From Tubulanus polymorphus (taxonomy: Eukaryota; Animalia; Nemertea): DNA of 64,000 nt. The notes under the pieces were generated by a model. It searched no databases. It saw only the letters and a program-made list of their open reading frames with translations, and had not been told where the DNA came from. Within the stretch, counting starts at the first letter, position 1; every line of letters begins with the position of its first letter. Positions 1 to 13,560 of the stretch are shown here, in pieces. Location of the stretch: positions 4,754,778 to 4,818,777 of the forward strand of contig NC_134030.1 of NCBI RefSeq assembly GCF_964204645.1, read 5' to 3'. The position numbers and the translations under genes are program-made.

Positions 1-705
1 CCCTAGTTAACTTGAAACTCACAACTGTGGAACTGGATTCAGATGAGAGGAAACAGTGGAACTGAGGGTAGAACTTACTAGAAGCGGAAGCGTCGAAGCG
101 ACTTCCGTTTATTTGGAATGATACGAGAGGTTCAGGTAAACCGTAAGGCGGGTGACACGGTATCAAAGCTACGTTGCCTTCCGTCGTATTCACTATTAAA
201 CTAGGTTTCTCTTCGCTGTCAAACTTCTTGATATCTGAAATGATGAGCCAACGAAAACATGAAGAATAGGACTGAAGAATGAATGAAGCAGACCTGACTA
301 CCTGATGACTGTCACAGGATTGTCAACTAGTGACGGAGTGACGTACCGATGTCGATGTGGATATCTTAAACTAACTGTAATAGTTTTCCTCAAAAATGAG
401 AGTAATTTGGCATCAAAAATTATAATTCAATGGATAAAGAACTAGAAATCATCCCGATCATGACAGGATTTTGACAACTCTTACAAGGCTCTTTCTTCCC
501 ATTTACAAATACCCTGATTTTTCCATGTGATTACACAAAATTCCCTGAATAAATCTGAGAAATTTCTAGGTTTAAAATGTAACAATTCAATTATTCCCCG
601 AGTTTTCCAGGTTTCCCAGGTTAAAAAGAGTAGAACAACTCTCAAATAGTAGTCGTAGTTAGGTATTTTTTATAGGTAGCAAAAATATCATATAACTACA
701 CTTAC

Positions 706-996
706 TAGCCCTGCGGACCTCGACGGGTCGACTGACGATCGATCCTAAAGGCGTCGTAGCTACGCAGTGATACGTGCCCGCGTGCGGTTTATGACTACGC
801 GTGTGTTTGAATGATTTTATATGCAGAATACCCTTCGTGATGATGACGCCTTGGTTTTCGTTGGTCGAGATGAAGTCACCGTTGTAAATCCAACGAATAC
901 GCGCGTCCGACGGGTGGACTTTACAGTGCAATACGACTTTACCGTGAGGTCGCGCCGTCACTGAGTCCGGCTCACGGATAAACCGAGGCAAATCAT
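706..996 (-). CDS. Internal coding exon: first Ig domain of a CDON/BOC/ihog-like Ig-superfamily receptor (gene continues left of the window)
   Basis: Translation (D)DLPRFIREPDSVTARPHGKVVLHCKVHPSDARIRWIYNG...GILHI...GTYHCVATTPLGSIVSRPVEVRRA has the Ig C...W...YxC pattern. From memory it resembles CDON/BOC Ig1 (VVLHC..P....I.W..NG, GV.IT.G.L.I, G.IVS.P..V); a DCC/neogenin-like protein is the alternative. Acceptor tttcag at 997-1002 and donor GTAAGT at 705-700 on the minus strand give a 291-nt phase 1-1 exon, typical of Ig exons. Confidence 0.85.
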
Positions 997-1103
997 CTGA
1001 AATATAGAAAAAATATACTCAATGATTGTCAAATTCGTTTCTTTAATTTCTTTATTTGCTATGGACTGGATACAGCAAGCACCTTGCTTTTATCAATAAT
1101 AAT

Positions 1104-1339
1104 CAGGGTGGCCACTTTTATTTGAATTGCCCTTTTCCTGACTGGATCTGCTAAGAATCTAATCAATTAACAGAGTAAAAATATGTAGACAAAAAATGAA
1201 TAGATGGAAACTTTTTGAATTTACACACGATCTAACTTTCTCAACAAATTCCCCTGACTTTTCCCTGATTTTTAACTTTTTTACAAAAATTCCTGACTAT
1301 TCTCTGACTGTTTTAAAGAAAAGAAAAGTGGCCACCATG
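1104..1339. mobile_element. hAT-like MITE (related copies at about 15657-16006 and 16368-16608)
   Basis: TIR CAGGGTGGCCACT...AGTGGCCACCATG; 8-bp TSD ATAATAAT/ATAATGAT; internal CCCTGA repeats shared by the three copies. Confidence 0.7.
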
Positions 1340-2108
1340 ATAATGATAATAAATATAGCTGCAAAGCAGGGATACTGGTTTTCTGCCTAGCTGCACTGCT
1401 GTCAGTACAACTGAAGGAAAATACAGAAAATTGTTAAGATAATGATGACAAAAAATTGAGTCCTCATCTGTATTTGGATTTCCTTTTTTTAGAGAAAGCT
1501 GTCATTTGGATAATTCCTTTTGATTGTTCCAACTACGACTTTGACTAAAACGAGTTTCAACTGTATTCATTTAATACACCGACTACACTTGATGGAGACA
1601 CGAGAATCGAATCAGGAGTAAAAAAAAATCTCCCGACGGATTCAATCATCAATCGCTCTAACAGAGAGAGACATCGAATCTATCGATCGCGTTGACATCG
1701 ACGACGACAACAATGTCAACGTTAATCGCCGCGACGATGAAAATAAGATCATCGATCGGCGTGTCTGAATATCGTCATAGCGATGACAGACGGATCCGAT
1801 TGAAAATATCCCGATACTTATCATTATAGATAATCAATGCATTTTGTTATTAGATATTGAATCTAAGTCTAGTCGATGTATAGGGAATTTATTAGACCTA
1901 TTTCAATAACTCAGATGACGGATCCGCCGATGGAAATTTTCGAATAAATGAAAACAAATTAAAATGTTTGTAACTTGCTGAAAATCTGATCGACTTCTTT
2001 GTATATAATACATATTCTGTTTGATGAATTATACATATTTTCATCACAATTTCTTTCCCTCCTTTCGGGATATTTTGTCCGATAGTGTTGGTCAAATATA
2101 CGTTGTTT

Positions 2109-2315
2109 TATCATTGAGACAAACTCACAATATCAACTCAAACAGCTGTTATTGTTTTACTTTTTCTTACAGTGGAATTCTTCTTTCACCCTTCTCCAGA
2201 TTTTATTGGAAAATAAACTCATTTTCAAATTAACTCTGAAGAAGGATGTAAGGAAACGTAAGTGAAAACAATAACAGTTGCTTAGATTGATATTGTGGGG
2301 TTTCTCTCAATGATG
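2109..2315. mobile_element. MITE-like palindromic repeat (related copies at about 17292-17490 and 23945-24630)
   Basis: Inverted ends TCATTGAGA..AA.CCACAATATCAA / TTGATATTGTGG..TT.CTCAATGA recur at several loci. Confidence 0.55.
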
Positions 2316-5300
2316 TTCATCAAGACTGGAAATAGTCTCAACTTACTATTTACAAATATGTCGTTTTATTTTTCTTCCTGCTCTGGAAATATGGCTGCTA
2401 GAATCCCCTCATGTGAGGTTTTTTTTTAGAAAAACCGGTTCACCGGTTTTAATTAGATAGAATTGTGTCTACTTTGTTGGTCGTTAATCTTTATTACTAA
2501 CTATAAAACAGCTGTTTCAATATACAACTCATTACGAAATTATTCATGAAATATTCATTCACATTTTCCTCTCATCCACTTATCATCATCATCTTCGACG
2601 ATGATGATAAGTTTGACCGCTTATCGGCAATGACGTTTTTTTTCTAAATCTGTTTTTGTTTCGAAAAAGAAGGAAAACGTTGAAAATATTCCTACCGTAT
2701 ATGAAAAGTGGTGCCAAGAAAAGCAGTTCGTGAATAAATAGAAAGCGCAAACATTTGTTTGCAATAAAATAATTACAGCGGAGCTCAGACTTCTGACTAC
2801 AAACCGAACCGCTATACGCGAATAGTTAGTTTTTCTTGCCATGTTATTTGGAATTCAGAAGCATAAAAGCCGTCAAAATAGCCGTGATAGTCTTACGTAT
2901 AAAAGCAATTGTAACGAACTAACACAATTTATAAAAAAAACTCGAAGCTTCTCATAAAACATATAACAACTTAAATTTACACAGTTGTAAGACTGGAGAA
3001 GATTTATTTACGAAAAGAACAGGATGACCTTGGACAATCTGGCATAGGTTTCTACCACCTAGCTCGCGGCAATTAACTTTCTGGCAGATGCACCTCAAAA
3101 AACTCAGATGAACAGGCAGTAAAATACCTTACTGTCAAAGGCTTTCACCTTCCTATTTTCTAACTGTTGAACTTTCATATCATATCACGACCATAAACAT
3201 ACTAAGAATCTGCATGAATAGATTGAATACAGCTAATGGGCCTGTGCAGAATTTTCCCCAGGAAGGTATGATGGGTATCGTTGGGTGCGTTTAGTGAATT
3301 GTAATGATTTAACATAATAGATTTGGCTCAGAAAAGTAACAGCTGCTGTAAACATTGTATTAGAAGACTCAGTCATATCTAGATCATAAGGGCAGGTCTG
3401 GTCTGCCTTTCCATTGAGATTGCCCGATTTATCAAGACAGAGATTTTCAAAACCTGTAAGAACATTCATCAACTCAGAAATTGCATCTATTGCATTCAAA
3501 GCGGGGGGGGGGAGCTATGGAATGGCATGCCTCCAACCGCCCTTCTGCCCACCATCCTTTTTTCCTAGACCCCCTGTTCAGTCCCTATTGCAGTCCCCCA
3601 GGAATGAATGCTATAAGTAACAAAATTTCAATAATTACTGAAATCATTTATTTTAATCTATCCAAACTTCACAGAGTAAAGCGCTGTATTTTTATATTGT
3701 TGTTGATTTGTTAGCAGCTGGTGTAGAAACTGTATCCAATAAAGACAGGTTAGTCTGTGTAATCTATCATTCACTGACAAACTCAATATAACCCATACAT
3801 CAACATATCTCCCATCAGACACATTCACACTGGATATTGGAACCGTTGGTGCACCATTCTACCAACCAGTAAACAGGGTTGATAAACTTTAATTACTGCT
3901 ATAATGGGTACAGTCTGATTTGTGGTGGACTAAAAAGCCCGGATCACAAAAGCATTTTTGACCCAGTCCAAATTTGGTCCCGGCCTTGGTCTGTACCTAT
4001 GCAGGCCAAATCTGGTCTAAAAATGTCAGACCAGACCTGTGCCAAGTTTTAGCATGGGTCAAATTACTTCATATGAATGCTTACTGCTTCTGAAAGTCAC
4101 TCAATTTCACTTGCTTTTAGAGTAACCAGTGACTGTTAATGAATTGGCTCTGATTTATATAAACATGGGCCAATTTGACTCGGGTCCGGTCTGGGTTAAT
4201 TCCACTCAAGCCCAAATGCCTCTGTGCGATCAAGGCTTATAGTCGACAAACCTTGCAAAAGCGATTAATGCTGATGAATCAATGCGAATAATTGTTAATG
4301 AACTGATAGTTGATTTAGAAAATCAACACCCCTTTATTTTACCTGCAATTGGCCAAAAAATGCTAGAAATGCGAACTTCTCATCAATGGAAACTCGACTC
4401 TCGGCGGTTTGATGGGAATTTTTTTCACTTTAGTTTGACCAGTGGGGGTTAATACGTTATTTTGCCTTCACCGAAGCGAGCTGACAGCGCGAGCTCGCCA
4501 CGACTAGAGAAGTTTCGCCGGGCCCCGTCGAGTCAGTAATTAACCCTACCACGCTGTAGCGAACATTGCTTACATACCAACATCGTTCAGCATCGAAGCG
4601 AAAGAGACTAAAATTAACGATCTCCGTTTCGGCCTTCCGCGGAATCAGTGAAGTGTTATCAAACCCTGACTGTATTTCAAACTCATTGAACTTTTCAGAT
4701 TTTTTATTCTTCCTGTTTTGCAAACAACACCCTGTTTAACCCCTGTTTACAACTATTTACGCGCGTTTGATAGATTTTCAAATTTTGGTAATCTTTTTTC
4801 TAATAACAAATACATAGGTACAGAAAAATAGAACAATTTTCAATAAACGTCAAGACAAAAACTATAGCATACTTCTGTCTCCATCTCTCTCTCCCTCTCT
4901 CTCCTCTCTCTCCTCTCTTTCACTCTCACTCCCTGAGAAGTAATGAGAAATGTGGGGAAGGAAAGAAAGGTAGACGCGGCATACCTCGAAATCACAAACT
5001 GTATCTAACCATCAGCCGTGTACATATGCTGCCATCATTCACGGCGAATTCCAAAACTTCATTAAATAACAGTTATTAATTACGCGTGTTGCTACAGCAG
5101 GGCAATAACAGTCAAGGGCACGACAAAATCATACTAAAATTATCCCTCCTTAAAAAATTAATGCCAAATTTTTCACCTCGAGTATTGACCCCATACGAAT
5201 ATCATGATTCTGTTTATCATTTCGGAACAGTCACTTTTCAAGTTTAGATCATTGATGAGAAATTGATGGTGAAACACTCCGATATAGAATATCACATTAG

Positions 5301-5596
5301 TAGAAAAGGATATCCTAAATTTTCTCAAAAAGAAGGAGAGGCTGAAAAAGCTTTCTTGAGTGAGTTATGCCTGAAGATGACAATCACGAGATACCGCTGC
5401 TTGAAGAATTGAAAATAAATCACTTAATTTAGGGCAACCTTTTCGGATGGCTTTCTGAATGTGGAATCATTACAACATGGACATAGTGATTCATCAGTGA
5501 TTATCTCGCCATCATTGCCGACAAGCATATCTAAGATAGCTGAAGTCTTAGGCCTATATGATATTGTCAAACCCTGGGTTAATCAAAATAGCTTAC

Positions 5597-5669
5597 CGTG
5601 CACGGAATCCACTACGGACAACGCTCCGATCACTAACAATATCGGCGGTAAATCAAACATGGTCGACAT
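5597..5669 (-). CDS. Start/signal-peptide coding exon of the same Ig receptor (full exon 5597-5691)
   Basis: Minus strand reads ttttttttctccag|...ATG TCG ACC ATG TTT GAT TTA CCG CCG ATA TTG TTA GTG ATC GGA GCG TTG TCC GTA GTG GAT TCC GTG CAC G|gtaagc = MSTMFDLPPILLVIGALSVVDSVH. It has a hydrophobic core and an in-frame TGA just upstream, and its phase-1 donor joins the phase-1 Ig exon in frame. Too short for the ORF track. Confidence 0.75.
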
Positions 5670-8403
5670 TCATCATTTACTTGCGACAAATCTGGAGAAA
5701 AAAAATGAAAAATGTCTTAACATCATATCATTATTGGTTAATACTATGAAGACTTAACATGAAAAGTGATGAATAATTCAGTGGAACCAATATCCATCTG
5801 TTAACATCTTCAGAACATCAGCCTGACCTTAGATGTTAATGTCCTCTGTTCGATGGAGTTATGTGATCAGCAGTAAATTATGACCAAATATATACTACAT
5901 ATAGACCTTGATACATGATACACAATATACAGGAATCTTTACAATAATGAATGCACTAATTCCACTCAACAGATAATTGAATAATTAAGTGCGCATTAAA
6001 TTAGCTGATTAATTAATAATAAGTGATTAACACGTCTGTATCAGTAGTCATTGATCAAGTGCTGTTACCAGACAATCTGATAGGTAACTTCAAACAACTG
6101 CTAGATACTAGACGAGCCCTACCCACCTAACTGTTGATCAAACATTTCACCTGCGTTGTGACAATGATACATAAAGAATACCACAATAATCACGAAAAAA
6201 ACTTAATATCTTCAACTGTGAAGTAATAGAATAGATTGAATCAGAAGAAAATGATATCGAAAATGGGTGTCTTCTTCTTAAAACAGTGGAGAATGTAGCT
6301 GAATTCCGAATTGCAGAGTGCGCTTTTTCCGAAAGGTTTCCTTACACTGTTACTAATATTTTTCTGATCATCAGAAGCTTAAGCTCTTCTCCCTCCCGGC
6401 AGCTTATAGCTGTAGATGATGCTCGAGAGTTGATATTATAAATGACATTCGTATATTTACTATTAAACCCTGCAGGGAAAAGAGATAGTTCGCACCAAGT
6501 ATTAGACAGTTTTACTGATAACTTCAAGTGATATACTTCACCGAGGTCTGATCTCATCATCTCAATAACGTCTTCTTTTACTCTACAATCCACAGAGATA
6601 GAGAGAGAGAGAGTGGAAAGAAATTGTTACAACTATCGCGGATAACTTTTTTTGTTTTTCGAGTAAACCGCAGCAGCGGAGTTCAGAGTGAAATTTCCTC
6701 ACGTACACACTCCTCGCTAATTGACCTGTTTAACCTAACATACCATTAATTACCGCTTACCGATTTTAATATCTGTGACATACGTAGAAAAACCTTCAAT
6801 TCGACTTCAATGAACATTTTCAGATGCACTAGACACACCTTCCAACGCAATCGTTGTCTTTGAAGTAACATTAATGTACATAATCAACATCCAGATTCAT
6901 CCAGAAAAAAATCCATAATCTAGCTGATGATCTGAGTGATAATTATACAGTTGTCGGTATATGGTATTGTCATCTATCGTTATTACCATTTATGGGTATT
7001 AATAGCAGAAGACGCCTGCGACTATAGCAGGGTAGACACGGTCGATAAATCCATAATTAGCATCAAATTCTTACGCTGTATTTCAAAGGTAACGCTATAA
7101 TATTATATTACGTAGGTAAAATACGTAGCTAGTAACTGAAATATGACAATTTCTAAGTAAAAATGTATATAAATAGTAAACAAAGTAGTTTTGAAAAGTC
7201 TAGTACAAGCAAATAGCACAGCAAGTAATAAAAAATTACTAGATAACCGATATGGTTTTAGAAAGGATTCTTAGAAATTGACATTGTCTCAATAACAGAC
7301 ACAGTTTTATTCATGCATAGACAACAATGAAATCTGTCAGCGGAATTTCCTGTGATGACATTGATTCAAAAAAGTGAGTTGAGTCCAGGATCTTAAGTAA
7401 GATGATAAGTAAGCACTAATCAGGGCCTGTCGTAAATTAAGCCCTTAAAAAGTAAGCCCTTTTCAGACTCATTACAAACCCCGATCTATGATAACGATTT
7501 GCTCTCCACCTATTTTAAAGAAAATCCCCGGAAAATGTAAATTAAAATTGTTGATTTTCCGCGCTACGCGAAATTCTAGACGAGAAAATAATCTTCGACC
7601 GCGGTGAAATTAAACGCGTCATAAATCAACAAACTGCGGAAATCATCGGCTCACGGTAAATCCCTGCGCAGATATAAATCTCTCCCGGATTAATTCCATT
7701 TATAGACGAAATTCTTTATACGGATGAGAAACTGCATCGCAACCTGGGAATACGTGGGAAGGGGATAGAATAACAAAGCTTTTTTTTTAAAGTGGAAATT
7801 AAACAGTTAAATAGATGAATGTGGAAGCATTTTCTGTTGTTGTTCTACCTGGTGGTAAACTAACAATACCTAACAAGTTTCAAACACATCAGGCTCAGCA
7901 GGGGTATCAGTCAATGTATATGTAACATTAACCAGGAAGAGTCATGGTGGACCTGTACAGAGTATTCCTAATCTGTAAATGGCCAAATAAGCTGTATCAG
8001 TGGTTCCGCTAAAAATGCTCGAATCTTTAGACTGGTCTTAACAATAATAATAGTAGGTATGTATCTTTTTTATATCCTTTAAAACTATATTTTTCTATAA
8101 ACAGACCTGGTAGATGAATGGGAAAGGACTAGGCCCATTGCCTAAAGAAATATGGGTTTGTGGTTAAAATCCCCTCGGTAAAAATCCCCAATTATTCAAG
8201 GTAGGTCATTTCTCTCATCATTTCCTTTCATAAAGAAACATCGAGCTAGTTAGCCTTCTTACTATTTTGATCAATAAACAAATATTGTCTGTTAAAACAG
8301 TTATAAATAGAGCAAGTTTCAACCGGATTCAAAATACAAGATTTGTCTACATGACACCGAGCACGTAGTGAGTAGACCACACTATCCTGCAGCGAGTAAC
8401 CAC

Positions 8404-8876
8404 GATCCAGCCATCAATCCATCCATCCAGCCATTCATCCAGCCAGCCATCAAACCAGCCATCCATCCATCCAGCCAACCATCCATCCATCCATCCAGCC
8501 ATCCATCCATCAAGGTATCCATCCATCCATCGATCCAGCCATCCATCCATCCAGCCATCCATCCAGCCATCCACCCAGCCATCCATCCAGCCAGCCATCC
8601 ATCCTGCCATCCATCCAGCCATCCATCCAGCCATCCATCCAGCCATCCATCCTGCCATCATCCAGCCATCCATCCTGCCATCTATCCAGCCATCCATCTA
8701 GCCATCAACCCAGCCAGCCAGACATCCAGCCAGCCATCCAGCCATCCATCCATCCATCCAGCCAGCCATCCATCCAGCCATCCATCCAGCCATCCATCCA
8801 TCCATCCATCCAGCCAGCCATCTATCCAGCCATCCACCCAGCCGTCCATCCTGCCATCCATCCTGCCATCCACCCT
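8404..8876. repeat. Compound (CCAT)n/(CCAG)n tetranucleotide microsatellite
   Basis: Direct inspection. Confidence 0.95.
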
Positions 8877-10202
8877 GCTCGATTTTTTTCTACCAACGTC
8901 AAATCATAAGTTCGTGATTCCTACAGGTATTCAACTCACACACACGAGCACTGCATCGTTTCTATGGTAACATGCATTTTCTTCACACGGGAATGATCAT
9001 GCATAATGCACGCGGTGGTCGTTGATCATATCATCACGACAATGAAGAAACGAAAGCATTACCCGTATTACCAGTATTACACGTATAGACAATGATGATT
9101 TACTGATTCAATCACGAGTTGCAAGAAAATCTTAAGCTCTATTTCACTATGAGACTTTTTACTCGGCTAGCAATGAAAACCCAGACCGCATTAAAAATGG
9201 CTGCTTCCATCATGGTGAAAACGTTTTTTCGTACGTTTGGTGAAGCATTGAACACTTCGCTGAGTGAAGTCACGACTTAGGATTAATTAACATGTGATTT
9301 AAGATTCCATACTGCAGTCATCCTTAGATCAGATCATCCTGGTCTCTAATAGCACACCTGACTACCCTTTTAAGTAGTTTTTAGGGCAAATGATAGATAT
9401 CAATAATAGTAGTTTAATTGAAAATGAATTCTAGTATCTTAATAATTTTGAGAGTAGTTTTGATTTTGGTAATAAATGAGCCCACAAAACTACTATCAGA
9501 TAGTAATGGTATTCAGGTTTAGTAATCAGACTAAGGTGCAATACTATTCCTTATGCATGTTGTCGTCTTGTACTCGTCCGTCGCTAGCGATGACTCATCG
9601 CTGAGATTATTGATTTATCTTCCTCATCCTCCTTATCGATTTTCACCTGACAAATTAATACTGCATTCCCGTCAATGGCTGCTGCTGCAGTCTGTAACAG
9701 TCCAGTACTGTAGCCACACATAGCTCTAGTTAGGGGCGTTACCAGCCGCAATGCTAGCGGTTTGTTCTGGAAAAATGCCTTTCACACTTCTGTTGTTCAT
9801 ACTAAACTTCCAGTCCAGAATTATTTGAAAATTGATCTTAAATCTAAGGACTGATTTTAAGTTGTTAGATTGGCTATAGAATTAAGGTGGTCTTTGACTG
9901 GATTTAGTCTATGATCTGACTATAGAAGCAGCATCTGCAAGACGGTGGGAATCTTTTCAAAAACGATAGGTCTATTATACACAGTAAAACTCCCTACAGA
10001 TCCTAATCTATATTTCCAATTCACTTTCCTTACGGTAAGTCATCATTTGGACAAGTCGTCAACATAAAATTCATTCCAACCAAGACATATTTCATGGTCA
10101 CATTCTTCACCTAAACTACCATAGGCCTTTATTTAACCCTATGAACCTGATCGAGAATGAACTGAACAATTCCCAGGTAAACAATAAAATTGCAGTACTT
10201 AC

Positions 10203-10260
10203 CGTATTGAATAAACACAAGTCAACAACTAAACATATTTCAACACACGACTAGTTGATT
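10203..10260 (-). other. Candidate 58-nt non-coding 5'UTR exon of the Ig receptor gene
   Basis: Strong acceptor tgttttatgttttgcag| and strong donor CG|gtaagta on the minus strand, between the putative promoter and the ATG exon. Confidence 0.45.
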
Positions 10261-12359
10261 CTGCAAAACATAAAACATGAGAAATTTGATTAGAAAAATT
10301 TATCAAAAGAAAGTTCCATCCAAGATGTCAGGGCTTTTGTCGTAAGCAGCTTTAGTTAGTCCGTTCTCATTTAACCGATACCAATTTAGAATCAGACCAA
10401 ATCACTGCTTTTAAATACTTGCTGAGCGTTGCTAAACAATGTCACAATTAACAGGCTATTCACAGAGAAATGGTCCATTTCAAAATTCGAAAAACGGACC
10501 ACACCTCGGTCAGTCTTTTTGGTTAGTCTAAATTGGTAAGTTCTAAAATGGAGTGGACCAATAAAGAACAGACTTTTACAACAAACTGTGAAAACTTCAC
10601 TCGGTCCATTTTAAATTGGAACTGACTTAATTTAGCCTGTACTGAATAATGAAGTTTGAACGTTGCGGCTAAACTCTCGGTACCTGTCCCCGCAAATTGT
10701 TTCAGATCATTGTAATTCCACGCACACATACGACCAACAGTTTCTCTCTTAAAACATATCAAGTGTCGGTCGTAACAAAACACTGAACACTTATCATCCG
10801 CGCCAACAATAGTTATATCACCCATGGCAACAATAGACCGTTGTCGGCAATGTATATAAAATGTAGCAATATGTCACCGGATGTATGAAGAGCTCTCAGC
10901 GCAGAATATGTGGCGAGCATAGACAATCTACACCAACCCTGGTTATAGAGGTATGCGACGAGTTAAACCAGCAACGGTACGATTATCGTACTGCCACGAT
11001 GAAAGATGTCACAATTGTCCCGTACAGAGTCGGTCAAACTATTCCAAAATTCTTGGTTGATACCGCTGTAATGTTCGCTCGGACATTACTGAAACTGTTC
11101 CCAGTTTATGTTTATCTTGCTTAACATCGTTTGGATCTTAGTTTCCCAAGACTAACCCTATTGGAGTTTTCGCGATGATGGGACCACAGCCTTTCAAGTG
11201 TTGCCCGCACACTGTAAGCAACCAGCAGTAATCAGAATGGTAGATCCATCTAGCTGTGGTCACCAACCCACATACTCAAGGCCAATACTAACCACTCAAA
11301 CTGTAAGCAATATGAGCATAGTAGTCTTCACGAGAATTTTTCAAACGTAACTGATATTATAGAAAATATCAGAAAACAAATCACGAAGATCATTCGTAAA
11401 AGTTCGTAATCTATTGGTCAGGCATGAAGCAATCGTATACTGCTGTACGCAGACCTTTTAGCGAATTAGCTTCTAGAAGTTATTGAATTGATTCCGAAAC
11501 TAAAATCCTGAGAGATTTAGCATCTATACTGTTGTCGAGCAAAGAAACCAAGACGACTCACCTGGAACTCACCTGGGTAGTGAACGACACCTAATATGAT
11601 ATTGAATTACAACTACATAGGACCTGTGCTCCTGTGAAACCCAATCCCTAGCATCACACGTTCTATTCATATTCATAAATTACTCAAAATTCTCTCCTCA
11701 AAAATACAAATCACACTGATTCGAGTACCGCTCGAAATAACTGCGCAATATTTTCGAACTCATTTTCATATTGTTTCATCACGAACTGAACTCGCGATCG
11801 AACATTTTTTAGCAAAATGTGTCGATATTTTTCGACGACCCTTCGGCGTGCGATAACTTTGTGAAATGCGTCGAGAATTTACCTCGAAAATATCGTTACG
11901 TCGAAAATTTCGGGCCTATCGAATGATTGAAAATGTAACCAGATTCCGATGAAGTATGTTAACGTGAAGGACACTCATATCGTGTCAAGATTTACACACA
12001 TCGTAGCACTTCAAAAAATAATACCTCGTAACCAGCACGTTTTAAGTGAGATATAGGCAATATATATATCACACTAGATAAAAACATCAACGTATCAAAT
12101 ATGCCCCGTGTATTGTCCTCGTATAGCCATCACTTTCTCAACAGCATCAGCCGAACAATCGCACAGGAATCTACTTCGGAGGATAGTTCTCTCACGTTCA
12201 AGCAGTTCATATATCCAAACTTTTTTCACTCAGACGGCATATGATACAAAACTGCATGCCCAAGAAGATGTCATCAAATTCGAATCAAATTCTTTTGGAA
12301 CAGACCCAAAATCCTTGGGGACGCTTTTATGCATTCGGTCCTATTTTCTAACAATTCCC

Positions 12360-13560
12360 ACTTCATGAATCCAGCCTCCAGTACTTCATGAATCCAGCCT
12401 CCAGTACTTCATGAATCCAGCCTCCAGTACTTCATGAATCCAGCCTCCAGTACTTCATGGATCCAGCCTCCAGTACTTCATGAATCCAGCCTCCAGTACT
12501 TCATGAATCCCGCCTCCAGTACTTCATGGATCCAGCCTCCAGTACTTCATGGATCCAGCCTCCAGTACTTCATGGATCCAGCCTCCAGTACTTCATGAAT
12601 CCAGCCTCCAGTACTTCATGAATCCAGCCTCCAGTACTTCATGAATCCAGCCTCCAGTACTTCATGAATCCCGCCTCCAGTACTTCATGGATCCAGCCTC
12701 CAGTACTTCATGGATCCAGCCTCCAGTACTTCATGCATCCAGCCTCCAGTACTTCATGGATCCAGCCTCCAGTACTTCATGAATCCAGCCTCCAGTACTT
12801 CATGCATCCAGCCTCCAGTACTTCATGAATCCAGCCTCCAGTACTTCATGAATCCAGCCTCCAGTACTTCATGCATCCAGCCTCCAGTACTTCATGAATC
12901 CAGCCTCCAGTACTTCATGAATCCAGCCTCCAGTACTTCATGGATCCAACATCCAGTACTTCATGAATCCAGCCTCCAGTACTTCATGGATCCAGCCTCC
13001 AGTACTTCATGGATCCAGCCTCCAGTACTTCATGGATCCAGCCTCCAGTACTTCATGGATCCAGCCTCCAGTACTTCATGAATCCAGCCTCCAGTACTTC
13101 ATGGATCCAGCCTCCAGTACTTCATGAATCCAGCCTCCAGTACTTCATGAATCCAGCCTCCAGTACTTCATGCATCCAGCCTCCAGTACTTCATGAATCC
13201 AGCCTCCAGTACTTCATGAATCCAGCCTCCAGTACTTCATGGATCCAACATCCAGTACTTCATGAATCCAGCCTCCAGTACTTCATGCATCCAGCCTCCA
13301 GTACTTCATGAATCAAGCCTCCAGTACTTCATGCATCCAGCCTCCAGTACTTCATGGATCCAGCCTCCAGTGCTTCATGGATCCAGCCTCCAGTACTTCA
13401 TGCATCCAGCCTCCAGTACTTCATGAATCCAGCCTCCAGTACTTCATGGATCCAGCCTCCAGTACTTCATGAATCCAGCCTCCAGTACTTCATGAATCCA
13501 GCCTCCAGTACTTCATGAATCCAGCCTCCAGTACTTCATGAAACCAGCCTCCAGCACTTC
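12360..13560. repeat. 23-bp minisatellite, roughly 50 copies of CTTCATG[A/G/C]ATCCAGCCTCCAGTA
   Basis: Head-to-tail units with no spacers; variation concentrated at one position. Confidence 0.95.

Noticed and set aside
8347-8970. MDGW/HPS-repeat proteins
   Set aside because: Translations of a tetranucleotide microsatellite.
12360-13560. CRISPR array, or coding ORFs 12710-13311
   Set aside because: Units are contiguous with no unique spacers, there are no cas genes and the context is eukaryotic. The ORFs are translations of the repeat.
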